NCBI GenBank assembly: GCA_963761865.1 | Contig: CAVXIE010000003.1 | Span: forward strand, 127,960 to 191,959 | DNA length: 64,000 bases | Source: Candidatus Staskawiczbacteria bacterium | GTDB taxonomy: Bacteria; Patescibacteriota; Minisyncoccia; Minisyncoccales; Staskawiczbacteraceae | Direction of reading: 5' to 3' | Part shown: in pieces, positions 1-9,274 of the stretch | Layout: each line of letters starts with the position of its first letter | Position numbering within the stretch: the stretch's first letter is position 1 | Made by a program: the position numbers and the translations under genes | Notes under the pieces: model-generated | Databases searched by the model: none | Told to the model about the DNA's origin: nothing | The model's input: the letters and a program-made list of their open reading frames with translations, nothing else

Positions 1-1108
1 GGTTGATAATCAAAACGGATTTACGGCCGAATCAGCCGTTCCATCTTCTCTTGATAATATTGAGTGGAAGCTGAACACATTAAATAAATCTCAGGGCGGC
101 AGAATAACAATAAAAGGGTTGGTATCTGCCGATACGGGAACCGGTCTTAATTTTTCTGCTCATCTTGGGATGTGGGTTGACGGGACCTTTATTGTTATAA
201 AAGACATTAACCAAACAGTGGACGTTATACAGCCATTGCTTTATATTTCTCAGCAAATTAACGGTTCTGAAGGCTATATTCCATCTCCCGGAGAAGCTTT
301 AAATTATCAAATATCCTTAAGAAATATAGGCACTACGCCGTTTAATGGCTTATCCGTTATTTCTAAAATTAGCGGGTCTGCGTTTGATTTGTCAACATTA
401 ACATCTTCTGACGGTCAGGTAAATCAAATCGATGGTTCAATTACATGGAATCCGCAGCAGGTGTTTAGCTTGGAGAATTTAGGCGCTCAGCAAGAAGCAG
501 ATGTTAATTTCATTGTAAAGCTAAAAAGTAACTTTGACATTTCTGATGCGGAAAAAAATAATTTGGTGATAAAAAACAATGTGAGCGCTTCTGATATAAA
601 CCAGGAATTTGATACAAAAGTTAATTCAGATTTGGGTGTATCGCAAAAGGCGTATTATTCAAATCAAGCGGGCACGGGAATTTTAAATTCTGGCAGTATT
701 CCTCCAAGGGCAAATAGTGCAACTACTTATACAATAACCTGGCAGGTTGGAAATGATTTTAACGATGTAAAAAACATAAAAGTTAAAGCTATTTTACCAA
801 ATCAGGTGAGTTTAACAGGCATAACATTTCCAAGCAGTCAGGCTTCTAGTCTTTCTTTTGATAACAGCAGCAGACAAGTTGTCTGGTCAGCCGGAGATCT
901 TACTGCCGGAGGGCAAACGTCTTTGTCTTTTCAGGTGTCGTTAAATCCAACTTTTTCTCAGGTTGGAAGTTTGGCGCAACTTATTGGACAGGCAACTATT
1001 TTGGGAGATGACCAGTTCACCGGAGCAACAATACAGAGTTCGGCTCCATCAGTAAATACAAGTTTGCCTGATGATTCCACAAATTCCGGAGGCGGAATAG
1101 TTCAATAA
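1..1108 (+). CDS. Secreted/cell-surface repeat protein, C-terminal part (gene begins upstream of window)
   Basis: The frame is open from base 2, so the listed Met at 119 is internal. The S/T/N/G-rich beta-type sequence resembles DUF11/CARDB-like conserved-repeat surface domains (NYQISLRNIGTTPFNGLSV, TYTITWQVGNDFNDV). TAA stop at 1106-1108. Confidence 0.6.
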   Translation, partial: VDNQNGFTAESAVPSSLDNIEWKLNTLNKSQGGRITIKGLVSADTGTGLNFSAHLGMWVDGTFIVIKDINQTVDVIQPLLYISQQINGSEGYIPSPGEALNYQISLRNIGTTPFNGLSVISKISGSAFDLSTLTSSDGQVNQIDGSITWNPQQVFSLENLGAQQEADVNFIVKLKSNFDISDAEKNNLVIKNNVSASDINQEFDTKVNSDLGVSQKAYYSNQAGTGILNSGSIPPRANSATTYTITWQVGNDFNDVKNIKVKAILPNQVSLTGITFPSSQASSLSFDNSSRQVVWSAGDLTAGGQTSLSFQVSLNPTFSQVGSLAQLIGQATILGDDQFTGATIQSSAPSVNTSLPDDSTNSGGGIVQ

Positions 1109-1145
1109 ATTTTCAATTTTCAATTCACAATTTTCAATCAATCTC
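1109..1145 (+). repeat. 7-nt-periodic AT-rich tract directly after the stop codon (aattttc/aattttc/aattcac/aattttc/aatcaat)
   Basis: Read directly from the sequence. The 29-mer at 1114-1142 recurs 27/29 on the minus strand at 24331-24359, also directly after a stop codon. Confidence 0.7.
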
Positions 1146-1270
1146 TAATTTGATTTGCATTGACTTTAGCAACGGGGGGGGTACAATTAACTAATTTCTA
1201 ATTTTTAATAATACGTATCAAAAATATTCAGCTGAAAATTTTTGGTATGTTTTGTTAAATAAATTTTCGC

Positions 1271-2983
1271 ATGAAAATCAGATATCTTTTGGCAGTAGCC
1301 GTTTTGGCAACAGCGATTTTTGGCTTTGGCGGATTTGTCAAAGCGCAAACCGTTGATAACTCGGCGCTGATAGCTCAGCTTCAAACGCAGATAAACGCTT
1401 TGATTGCGCAGCTGCAAACTCTTTTGGTCCAGCAAAATACAGGCACAACAGGTACAGCCGCTCTTACGGTAACCAGTTCAACAACTGCTGTTTTGACCAC
1501 TATAACAGTCTCTCCGGCCACAGTTTCAATTTTGAAAGGAGCCACTCAACAATTTACTGCTACGGGTTATGACCAAAACCGCAATGTGATGTCGCCTCAG
1601 CCAACATTTACTTGGACTTTGAGCAACAATCAATTCGCCACAATCAACTCAGCAACCGGAGTGGCCACCGGAACTTATCCCGGTTCAGTAACTGTCACTG
1701 CTGCCAGCGGATCAGTAACTGGTACAGCCGCTCTTACGGTAACCAGTTCAACAACTGCTGTTTTGACCACTATAACAGTCTCTCCGGCCACAGTTTCAAT
1801 TTTGAAAGGAGCCACTCAACAATTTACTGCTACGGGTTATGACCAAAACCGCAATGTGATGTCGCCTCAGCCAACATTTACTTGGACTTTGAGCAACAAT
1901 CAATTCGCCACAATCAACTCAGCAACCGGAGTGGCCACCGGAACTTATCCCGGTTCAGTAACTGTCACTGCTGCCAGCGGATCAGTAACTGGTACAGCCG
2001 CTCTTACGGTAACCAGTTCAACAACTGCTGTTTTGACCACTATAACAGTCTCTCCGGCCACAGTTTCAATTTTGAAAGGAGCCACTCAACAATTTACTGC
2101 TACGGGTTATGACCAAAACCGCAATGTGATGTCGCCTCAGCCAACATTTACTTGGACTTTGAGCAACAATCAATTCGCCACAATCAACTCAGCAACCGGA
2201 GTGGCCACCGGAACTTATCCCGGTTCAGTAACTGTCACTGCTGCCAGCGGATCAGTAACTGGTACAGCCGCTCTTACGGTAACCAGTTCAACAACTGCTG
2301 TTTTGACCACTATAACAGTCTCTCCGGCCACAGTTTCAATTTTGAAAGGAGCCACTCAACAATTTACTGCTACGGGTTATGACCAAAACCGCAATGTGAT
2401 GTCGCCTCAGCCAACATTTACTTGGACTTTGGGCAACAATCAATTCGCCACAATCAACTCAGCAACCGGAGTGGCCACCGGAACTTATCCCGGTTCAGTA
2501 ACTGTCACTGCTGCCAGCGGATCAGTAACTGGTACAGCCGCTCTTACGGTAACCAGTTCAACAACTGCTATTTCTGTAGCTCTTACATCGCCTGTCGGCG
2601 GAGAGTCATGGAAAATTGGAGAAACTCATAATATTACATGGACATCGGCCAATCTGCCGATAGGCGCAAATGTGTTTATTAACCTACGCGATTCCAGCGT
2701 TACCGGCACCGGTTCCACTCCAGATACTTACATTGGAAGCGCTCCGGCCAGTCAAGGATCTTATTCGTGGACTATTCCCAGTACAATTACGCCCAAAGAT
2801 AACCAGTACAAGGTGTACATTATATATAATAATGGTCGCGGTACTTCTACTGATAATCTTGGCGGTTTCTTCAATATTGATGCGCCGGCTCCGGTCACCA
2901 CAGCGTCTCTTGATGATATTGCAAGGCAGATTGCTTCGCTGGAAGATATCGTTTTGAATTTATTGAGCCAGTTGAAAAAATAG
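1271..2983 (+). CDS. Secreted adhesin-like protein: signal peptide, heptad coil, four Big_2 (bacterial Ig-like group 2) domains, Ser/Thr-rich C-terminal domain, terminal coil
   Basis: N-terminus MKIRYLLAVAVLATAIFGFGGFVKAQ looks like a signal peptide, followed by the coil LIAQLQTQINALIAQLQTLL. Four 90-aa units (ITVSPATVSILKGATQQFTATGYDQNRN...VTVTAASGSVTGTAALTV) fit the Big_2 pattern. The C-terminus has GESWKIGETHNITWTS and the coil IARQIASLEDIVLNLLSQL. Confidence 0.8.
   Translation: MKIRYLLAVAVLATAIFGFGGFVKAQTVDNSALIAQLQTQINALIAQLQTLLVQQNTGTTGTAALTVTSSTTAVLTTITVSPATVSILKGATQQFTATGYDQNRNVMSPQPTFTWTLSNNQFATINSATGVATGTYPGSVTVTAASGSVTGTAALTVTSSTTAVLTTITVSPATVSILKGATQQFTATGYDQNRNVMSPQPTFTWTLSNNQFATINSATGVATGTYPGSVTVTAASGSVTGTAALTVTSSTTAVLTTITVSPATVSILKGATQQFTATGYDQNRNVMSPQPTFTWTLSNNQFATINSATGVATGTYPGSVTVTAASGSVTGTAALTVTSSTTAVLTTITVSPATVSILKGATQQFTATGYDQNRNVMSPQPTFTWTLGNNQFATINSATGVATGTYPGSVTVTAASGSVTGTAALTVTSSTTAISVALTSPVGGESWKIGETHNITWTSANLPIGANVFINLRDSSVTGTGSTPDTYIGSAPASQGSYSWTIPSTITPKDNQYKVYIIYNNGRGTSTDNLGGFFNIDAPAPVTTASLDDIARQIASLEDIVLNLLSQLKK
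1451..2568 (+). repeat. Tandem repeat, 270-bp unit, about 4.1 copies, essentially identical at DNA level
   Basis: Units start at 1451, 1721, 1991 and 2261, with a partial fifth from 2531. The only difference I found is agc to ggc near 2431 (S to G). This also generates identical shadow ORFs at 1612, 1882, 2152 and 2422. Confidence 0.95.
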
Positions 2984-3103
2984 TTTTATCTTGGAAAAAG
3001 CAGGTCGGATACACCATTTGACCCGCTTTTGTCGTATAAAAGCATTGAATTTGCCGAGCCAAAGGGTTAATATAAAACAATTAACTTTTACAAGATAAAA
3101 AAT

Positions 3104-4390
3104 ATGGCAGAAAAAAATGACAAAATGGAAAAAATAATTTCGCTCTGCAAAAGACGCGGGTTTATTTTTCCCGGTTCTGAAATTTACGGTGGGCTGGCAA
3201 ATTCCTGGGACTACGGACCGGTTGGTGTTGAGTTGAAAAATAATATCAAACAGGCTTGGTGGAAAAGATTTGTTCAGCAAAGAGATGATATGGTTGGCAT
3301 TGATGCTTCGTTATTAATGAACCCGAAGGTTTGGGAAAACAGCGGGCACTTAGCAACTTTTACCGATCCGCTGGTTGAATGCAAAAAATGTCACGGACGT
3401 TATCGCGCCGATCAAATTGACGGCAAATGTCCAAATTGTGGCAGTAAAGATTTAACTGAGGCAAAACAATTTAATTTAATGTTGAAAACTTTTCTTGGCC
3501 CCGCAGAAGAAAAAGTAAACGAGGTGTATTTCAGGCCCGAAACCGCTCAGGCAATGTTTGTCGATTTTAAAAATGTGCTGGATACGACAAGAAGAAAATT
3601 GCCGTTTGGAATTGGACAGATCGGAAAAGCGTTCAGAAATGAAATAACTCCGGGAAACTTTATTTTCCGGACCCGCGAGTTTGAGCAAATGGAAATTGAA
3701 TATTTTATTAAAGAATCAGAATGGCAGAATGTGTTTGAACATTGGCGAAAAGAAATGTGGAGCTGGATGACGGATGTCTTGGGATTAAAAAAAGAACATA
3801 TTCACGAGTTGGCTGTTTCTAAAGATGAACTGGCGCATTACTCCAAAAAAACCATTGATTTTGAATACGATTATCCGTTTGGTAAGAAAGAGCTATATGG
3901 TTTGGCTTATCGTACAGATTTTGATTTGAAAAATCATTTTAAAGAAGAGCCGTATCAAGATTTGGAAACCGGCGAAAAATTATATCCTCACGTGATTGAG
4001 CCGACCTGGGGAGTGGATAGGTCGGTGCTGGCGGTGCTATGCGACGCTTATACCGAAGAGGCCGAACGAATTGTACTAAAAGTAAAACCAAGTTTGGCGC
4101 CGTATAAAGTTGCGGTGTTTCCATTGCTAAAAAATAAACCTGAACTGGTGGAGAAAGCAAAAGAAATTTATTATGCCTTGAAAAAAGATTTCACGGTTGC
4201 ATTTGATGAGCGGGGAAACATCGGCAAGCGATATTACAGTCAGGACGAAATTGGAACTCCTTATTGCGTTACTGTTGATTTCGACACATTAAAAGACGAC
4301 TCAGTAACCGTCCGCGACAGAGACACAATGAAACAGGAAAGAGTAAAGATCAACGAATTGAGTAATTTTTTGAGTAATAAATTAAATTAA
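3104..4390 (+). CDS. glyQS: Glycine--tRNA ligase (class II, alpha2 type)
   Basis: N-terminus KIISLCKRRGFIFPGSEIYGGLANSWDYGPVGVELKNNIKQAWW and the class II core (FRNEITPGNFIFRTREFEQMEIEYF) are typical of dimeric GlyRS. Confidence 0.93.
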   Translation: MAEKNDKMEKIISLCKRRGFIFPGSEIYGGLANSWDYGPVGVELKNNIKQAWWKRFVQQRDDMVGIDASLLMNPKVWENSGHLATFTDPLVECKKCHGRYRADQIDGKCPNCGSKDLTEAKQFNLMLKTFLGPAEEKVNEVYFRPETAQAMFVDFKNVLDTTRRKLPFGIGQIGKAFRNEITPGNFIFRTREFEQMEIEYFIKESEWQNVFEHWRKEMWSWMTDVLGLKKEHIHELAVSKDELAHYSKKTIDFEYDYPFGKKELYGLAYRTDFDLKNHFKEEPYQDLETGEKLYPHVIEPTWGVDRSVLAVLCDAYTEEAERIVLKVKPSLAPYKVAVFPLLKNKPELVEKAKEIYYALKKDFTVAFDERGNIGKRYYSQDEIGTPYCVTVDFDTLKDDSVTVRDRDTMKQERVKINELSNFLSNKLN

Positions 4391-4396
4391 AAAAAT

Positions 4397-5740
4397 ATGG
4401 CAATCAAAATAGAAAAACTTTTTTCTTCAAAAATACTTAATTATAAAGTTAATACACAAAAATACGGCTTAACTAATTATGTTAATTTGGATAATGCGGC
4501 TACTACTCCGCCCCTTTTATCTGTTCAGAAAGGAGTAGACGATTATTTAATAAGCTATGGTTCGGTCCACCGTGGAGCTGGAGCAAAATCTAAAATATCA
4601 ACTGATATTTACGAAGATAGCAGAGAGGTAATTAAGGATTTTGTTAATGCTCCAAAAGATAATTATGTTATTTTTACAACCAATACAACCGAAGCAATAA
4701 ACACCGCTGCTTACTTTTTTTCGTTTCTATCGGGCAAGGTTGCTGTTTCAGAAGTTGAGCATAGCTCATCTTGGCTCCCGTGGATAGAAACTGAGGGCAT
4801 AAAAATGCTTGGTTCAAAACAAGTTTCTTTAAATGAAGTTGAGAATGAAAATCAAAAAATTCAAGAATTGGGACGGCAGCAGGTTCTGCAATATGATGTT
4901 AACGACGAATTTGAATTTAATCTTACGGACATTGAAAAAATACTCAAAGAAAACAAAATAAAAGTTGTAGTTTTAACTGCGGCTTCAAATATTACTGGTT
5001 ATTGCCCAGATATAAAAGCCGTTGGCGAATTAGCTCACAAATACGGGGCATACTTTTTAGTGGACGCTTGCCAGTTTATCCAACATCATAAAATTGATAT
5101 GCAAGATATGAATATTGATTTTCTTGTTGCTTCCGGACACAAATTTTATGCTCCATATGGCGACGGATTTTTAATCGGATCAAAAAGTTTCTTCGATGAA
5201 TTCCTGCCATATCAAATTGGAGGTGGTAATTTACCCTATATTACACAAGAAGGCGAATTTTTACGCTTCAAGACGCAGTTAGCTCACGACCCTGGTACTC
5301 CTAATGCCGTTGGAGCTGTTGCTATGTCTATTGCTCTTAAAACATTAAAGAAAATAGGAATGGAAGAAATTGAGAAACATGACCAAGAACTTACATCTAA
5401 ATTATTTGAATATCTTTCCAATAATCCAAAGGTTGAGGTCTATGTTTCCAAAAAACATTTAACAACTGTAGTCCCTTTTAATATAAAAGGAATGAAGGCG
5501 ATTGAGGTCGCGGAAAAATTAAATAACACTTATGGAATCGGCGTAAGAGCTGGAAGCTTTTGTGTTTATGGTGTTGTTAGAAAATTATTGAATATTACTG
5601 ACGAGACTGAAATTATTGAATCTGTGAAGACCGGAAGTACAGAAAAAGTTCCAGCGCTTGTTAGGGCATCAATAGGTTTATGTAATACAGAAAAAGATAT
5701 AAAAAGATTTATTAATGCTATTAAAGAAATAACGAAATAG
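4397..5740 (+). CDS. Class V aminotransferase / cysteine desulfurase-like (SufS/CsdA group)
   Basis: PLP-lysine region ASGHKFYAPYGDG, Cys loop GVRAGSFCVYG and C-terminal RASIGLCNTEKDI fit the class V fold. No Suf or Isc partner genes are adjacent. Confidence 0.7.
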   Translation: MAIKIEKLFSSKILNYKVNTQKYGLTNYVNLDNAATTPPLLSVQKGVDDYLISYGSVHRGAGAKSKISTDIYEDSREVIKDFVNAPKDNYVIFTTNTTEAINTAAYFFSFLSGKVAVSEVEHSSSWLPWIETEGIKMLGSKQVSLNEVENENQKIQELGRQQVLQYDVNDEFEFNLTDIEKILKENKIKVVVLTAASNITGYCPDIKAVGELAHKYGAYFLVDACQFIQHHKIDMQDMNIDFLVASGHKFYAPYGDGFLIGSKSFFDEFLPYQIGGGNLPYITQEGEFLRFKTQLAHDPGTPNAVGAVAMSIALKTLKKIGMEEIEKHDQELTSKLFEYLSNNPKVEVYVSKKHLTTVVPFNIKGMKAIEVAEKLNNTYGIGVRAGSFCVYGVVRKLLNITDETEIIESVKTGSTEKVPALVRASIGLCNTEKDIKRFINAIKEITK

Positions 5741-5742
5741 TT

Positions 5743-6438
5743 ATGGATACAACAAACGTTAAATCGTCACAATTAAATTATGATAAATATACCTCCGATA
5801 AATACGATAAAGACATCGTTAATTCAATTCCTTTTCACAGAGAAATACATAACTTAATAATTGATTTTGTAAAAAGTAACTATAAATCAGAAGAAAGGCA
5901 AGAAGTTCTTGATCTAGGAGCTGGGACAGCTATCACGAGTCGATTGATAAAAGATGTTTTACCGAATGCTGATTTCGATTTGGTTGATTTTTCAAAGCAG
6001 ATGTTAAGAGGGGCAAAGGAAAAAATGGGGTTTGAAAATGTAAAATACATTTTTGGTGATTATGCAAAAGTAAAATTTCTAAAAAAATACGATATTATTT
6101 TATCAGTTATTGGGCTTCATCATCAAAATAGTGCTGGAAAGAAAAAAAATTTTAAAAAAGCATATAGTTTATTAAGGCCTGGTGGAGTATTCATTTTTTC
6201 AGACCTCGTAACCTATAAAAATGAAAAAGAGGCAGCGCTAAATCAAGTTAAGCATTTTAAGCATCTTGTGGACAACACGGAAGACGATAAAACTCTTTCT
6301 GAATGGGCATATCACCATTTATATTTAAATGACTTGTCTCCGATAGAAGATCAGATTGAATGGTTAAAAGAAGCGGGTTTTAAAGTTGAGAATAGATTTT
6401 TAAAATTCAATACGGTATTATTAATTTGTAAAAAATAG
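5743..6438 (+). CDS. Class I SAM-dependent methyltransferase
   Basis: Motif I VLDLGAGTAITS and post-I DLVDFS; motif region LRPGGVFIFSD. Confidence 0.7.
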   Translation: MDTTNVKSSQLNYDKYTSDKYDKDIVNSIPFHREIHNLIIDFVKSNYKSEERQEVLDLGAGTAITSRLIKDVLPNADFDLVDFSKQMLRGAKEKMGFENVKYIFGDYAKVKFLKKYDIILSVIGLHHQNSAGKKKNFKKAYSLLRPGGVFIFSDLVTYKNEKEAALNQVKHFKHLVDNTEDDKTLSEWAYHHLYLNDLSPIEDQIEWLKEAGFKVENRFLKFNTVLLICKK

Positions 6439-6442
6439 TTAT

Positions 6443-7714
6443 ATGTATAAAAAAACTAGTTTAAAAAATGGGTTACGGGTTGTTACAGTTCCGGTTAAAA
6501 ATGCCAGCAGCGTTACGGTGTTAATTTTGGTTGGCACCGGTTCAAAATATGAAGATAAAGATATTAACGGAATTTCTCATTTTTTGGAGCATATGTTTTT
6601 TAAGGGAACTAAAAAACGGCCCACAACTTTAAAAATTTCAGAAACACTGGATATGATTGGCGGTCAGTATAATGCCTTTACCTCAAAAGAAGTCACCGGA
6701 TTTTGGGCTAAGGTTGATAAAAAAAATGTGGACGTTGCGCTGGATTGGATTTCAGATATATTTTTAAACTCAAAATTTGAGCAGCAAGAAATAGAAAGAG
6801 AAAGAGGAGTGGTTATAGAAGAATTGAACATGTATTTAGATACGCCAACTGCCTATGTGTCAGAACTGTTTGAAGATTTACTATACGGAGACCAACCCGC
6901 CGGCTGGAGAATTGTGGGAGAGAAAGAAAATATCTTAAGCTTTAATCAGGAAAAGGTGTTAAATTATTTCAAAAGTCATTATGCCAACCAAAATACGGTC
7001 ATTTGTATTGCTGGCGACATAAAGACAAAGCCGACTGAAGAGAAAATAAAAAAGTATTTTGGAACCCTCAAAAGAAATGCTAATCCTGTGAAATTAGTCA
7101 CCAAAGAAGTTCAGGAAAAGCCTGCAATATTAATGCATTATAAAAAAACCGATCAAACTCATTTTTGTTTAGGGGTCAGGGCTTATGATATGAACGATCC
7201 AAGAAGGTACGCGTTGGCGCTGATGTCTATTATTCTGGGCGGGAATATGAGTTCAAGGTTATTCATTTCGGTGAGAGAAAGAAACGGGTTGGGTTATTAC
7301 ATTCATACATCGGTTGATGCAACAACTGATACCGGATATCTGGTAACTCAAGCTGGAATTAAAAACGACAGTTTAGAGAAAGCTATTGGCTTGGTTTTAG
7401 CGGAATATAAATCTTTGCGCGACATAAAAATCAGCGCTAAAGAATTAAAAAAAGCAAAAGATTTTTTGCGGGGAAGCACATCTTTGTCAATGGATGCAAC
7501 CGATGCCCAAACTTCTTTTTATGCCAGTCAGGAAGTAATGAATCAAAAAATGCAAACTCCTGAAGAAAAATTGAAAATGATTGATAAAGTCACTGTAAAT
7601 GATATAAAAAAAGTAGCTGAAGATATATTCAAAAACGAAAAACTAAATTTGGCTGTTATCGGTCCGTTTGAAGAAAAGGAGAAAGAAAAATACCAACAAT
7701 TGTTAAACATATAA
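6443..7714 (+). CDS. M16 family (pitrilysin/insulinase-like) zinc peptidase
   Basis: Inverted zinc motif HFLEHMFFKGT (HxxEH) near the N-terminus. Length of about 420 aa is typical. Confidence 0.85.
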   Translation: MYKKTSLKNGLRVVTVPVKNASSVTVLILVGTGSKYEDKDINGISHFLEHMFFKGTKKRPTTLKISETLDMIGGQYNAFTSKEVTGFWAKVDKKNVDVALDWISDIFLNSKFEQQEIERERGVVIEELNMYLDTPTAYVSELFEDLLYGDQPAGWRIVGEKENILSFNQEKVLNYFKSHYANQNTVICIAGDIKTKPTEEKIKKYFGTLKRNANPVKLVTKEVQEKPAILMHYKKTDQTHFCLGVRAYDMNDPRRYALALMSIILGGNMSSRLFISVRERNGLGYYIHTSVDATTDTGYLVTQAGIKNDSLEKAIGLVLAEYKSLRDIKISAKELKKAKDFLRGSTSLSMDATDAQTSFYASQEVMNQKMQTPEEKLKMIDKVTVNDIKKVAEDIFKNEKLNLAVIGPFEEKEKEKYQQLLNI

Positions 7715-7717
7715 GCA

Positions 7718-8737
7718 ATGCAAGAGCAAACTTTGGATATCTCATGGGGAACTATAGCAAGAATTTTTATCGCCGGTTTTGTTTTGTATGTTCTTTTCTT
7801 GGTTAGAGATATTGTGATATGGTTCTTTTTTGCCTTGATGATTTCTATTTTGCTTGATCCGGCGATTAATTTTTTAAGAAAATTTAAAATCCCTAAAATT
7901 CTGGCCGTCGTATTGGTTTATCTTTCAATTTTCGGCATTATGGGTCTTTTGATATATCTTTCCGCCCCTATCTTTATAGTTGAAATAAACCAGTTCTCTA
8001 AAAGTATACCTGATTACTTCAATAAATTAAGCCCGGTGCTAAATGGTATGGGGATTAATATAGCGCGAAACTTTAACGACTTTGTTTCCGGGCTTGTATC
8101 GGCTCTTGATGACAGCTCGGTCAGCGTAGTAAATGCGGTTTCTGTTTTCTTCGGTGGTGTTTCTTCTGCGCTTTTTATCTTTACGATTGCCTTTTTTATA
8201 TCTTTGGAAAGCGACGGAATAGAAAAAGCGCTGGTTCTTTTAACGCCTAAAAAATACGAAGAGAATATCGCTAAAATTTTTGAGAAAGCGCAATTTAAAG
8301 TTTCCGCTTGGTTCGGGGTGAGAATTATTGCCTGCATCTTTGTCGGGATTCTATCCTTCATTGCATTTCTTTTGATGGGCGTGAAGTTTGCCCTTATCTT
8401 TGCTCTGATTTCCGGCGCTCTGACTTTTATACCCTTTGTCGGACCAACTATTACGTCTGTATTACTTTTTGTCTTTGTAGGCGTTTCTGACTCCTGGCTT
8501 TCAGCATTATACATTATTATCATATTAACCATTATTCAAGAGATAGAAGCAAAAGCGCTGACTCCATTTCTGATGAAAAAAATTATATCTTTGCCGCCGG
8601 TGCTGGTGTTAATGTCTTTGTTGATCGGAGGAACTGTTTTCGGTTTTTTAGGCATGATTTTTTCGGTACCGGTGTTTGGCATTATATACGAATTTGTGAA
8701 AGAATTCCTGGAAAAAAAGAAAGAAGAAGCTTATTAG
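7718..8737 (+). CDS. AI-2E family transporter (PerM/UPF0118-like membrane protein)
   Basis: Multi-pass hydrophobic profile, about 340 aa, with conserved-looking stretches (FIPFVGP, EIEAKALTPFLM) typical of the family. Confidence 0.65.
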   Translation: MQEQTLDISWGTIARIFIAGFVLYVLFLVRDIVIWFFFALMISILLDPAINFLRKFKIPKILAVVLVYLSIFGIMGLLIYLSAPIFIVEINQFSKSIPDYFNKLSPVLNGMGINIARNFNDFVSGLVSALDDSSVSVVNAVSVFFGGVSSALFIFTIAFFISLESDGIEKALVLLTPKKYEENIAKIFEKAQFKVSAWFGVRIIACIFVGILSFIAFLLMGVKFALIFALISGALTFIPFVGPTITSVLLFVFVGVSDSWLSALYIIIILTIIQEIEAKALTPFLMKKIISLPPVLVLMSLLIGGTVFGFLGMIFSVPVFGIIYEFVKEFLEKKKEEAY

Positions 8738-9213
8738 GTCTTTAGAATCACAACGCTGACAATCGCCGCTGCCACCTGAGTTGAGATTCTCCAAAAGTTG
8801 GAGATTTTTTTATTTTTTAGGAATTGCACAATGTTGCCATGAAAATAATTATGTACTGATAAAATTTTATTTGGGAAAAGATAATAAATGACTGTTAATC
8901 CATCCGGGATAATGGCAACCAGAGCATAGATATAAGAAATAGGATAATTGTCGGAAAATAAAAAAACAATAAATATGCCGATACAAAAGTCAAATAATAC
9001 TTTAAGGCTGTTTAAAATACTTTTTTTCCAGTTATTGCCCTTCAACCCTTCTATGGAATCTTCAACACTATACATATACTCAACATGCGGGAAGAAGTCC
9101 AGTAAATAATGGCATAAAAAAGCGGCAATAATTGCCAGAGCTAAATTGTTCGTCAAAGAATATACTTTATACCCAACAGCTGCTCCAAATAACATATGAA
9201 CTGATAAAATCAT
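8734..9213 (-). CDS. Small polytopic membrane protein (possibly DUF457/YdjM-like metal-dependent hydrolase)
   Basis: Hydrophobic 159-aa ORF with His/Asp-containing segments (MILSVHMLFG, CHYLLDFFPHVEY). The family assignment is tentative. Confidence 0.4.
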   Translation of the reverse strand: MILSVHMLFGAAVGYKVYSLTNNLALAIIAAFLCHYLLDFFPHVEYMYSVEDSIEGLKGNNWKKSILNSLKVLFDFCIGIFIVFLFSDNYPISYIYALVAIIPDGLTVIYYLFPNKILSVHNYFHGNIVQFLKNKKISNFWRISTQVAAAIVSVVILKT

Positions 9214-9274
9214 GGAAATTTTATTAAATTTTTGTTAAAATCAGTAATTAAAGTTAATAAACATATTATACCTT

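Noticed and set aside
1612-2631. Four near-identical ORFs of about 70-76 aa (1612, 1882, 2152, 2422) in an alternative plus-strand frame
   Set aside because: They are shadows of the 270-bp tandem repeat inside the Big_2 adhesin gene. Their identity reflects the DNA repeat, and the main frame has clear domain homology and a signal peptide.
8014-8532. Long antisense or overlapping ORFs inside well-supported genes (for example 8014..8532, 21805..22182, 26759..27145, 27885..28283, 35440..35949, 42000..42335, 57497..58024, 58563..58877)
   Set aside because: Each lies opposite to, or out of frame with, a gene that has strong family signatures. Their sequences are low-complexity or hydrophobic mirror images with no start signals, so I treat them as non-coding.
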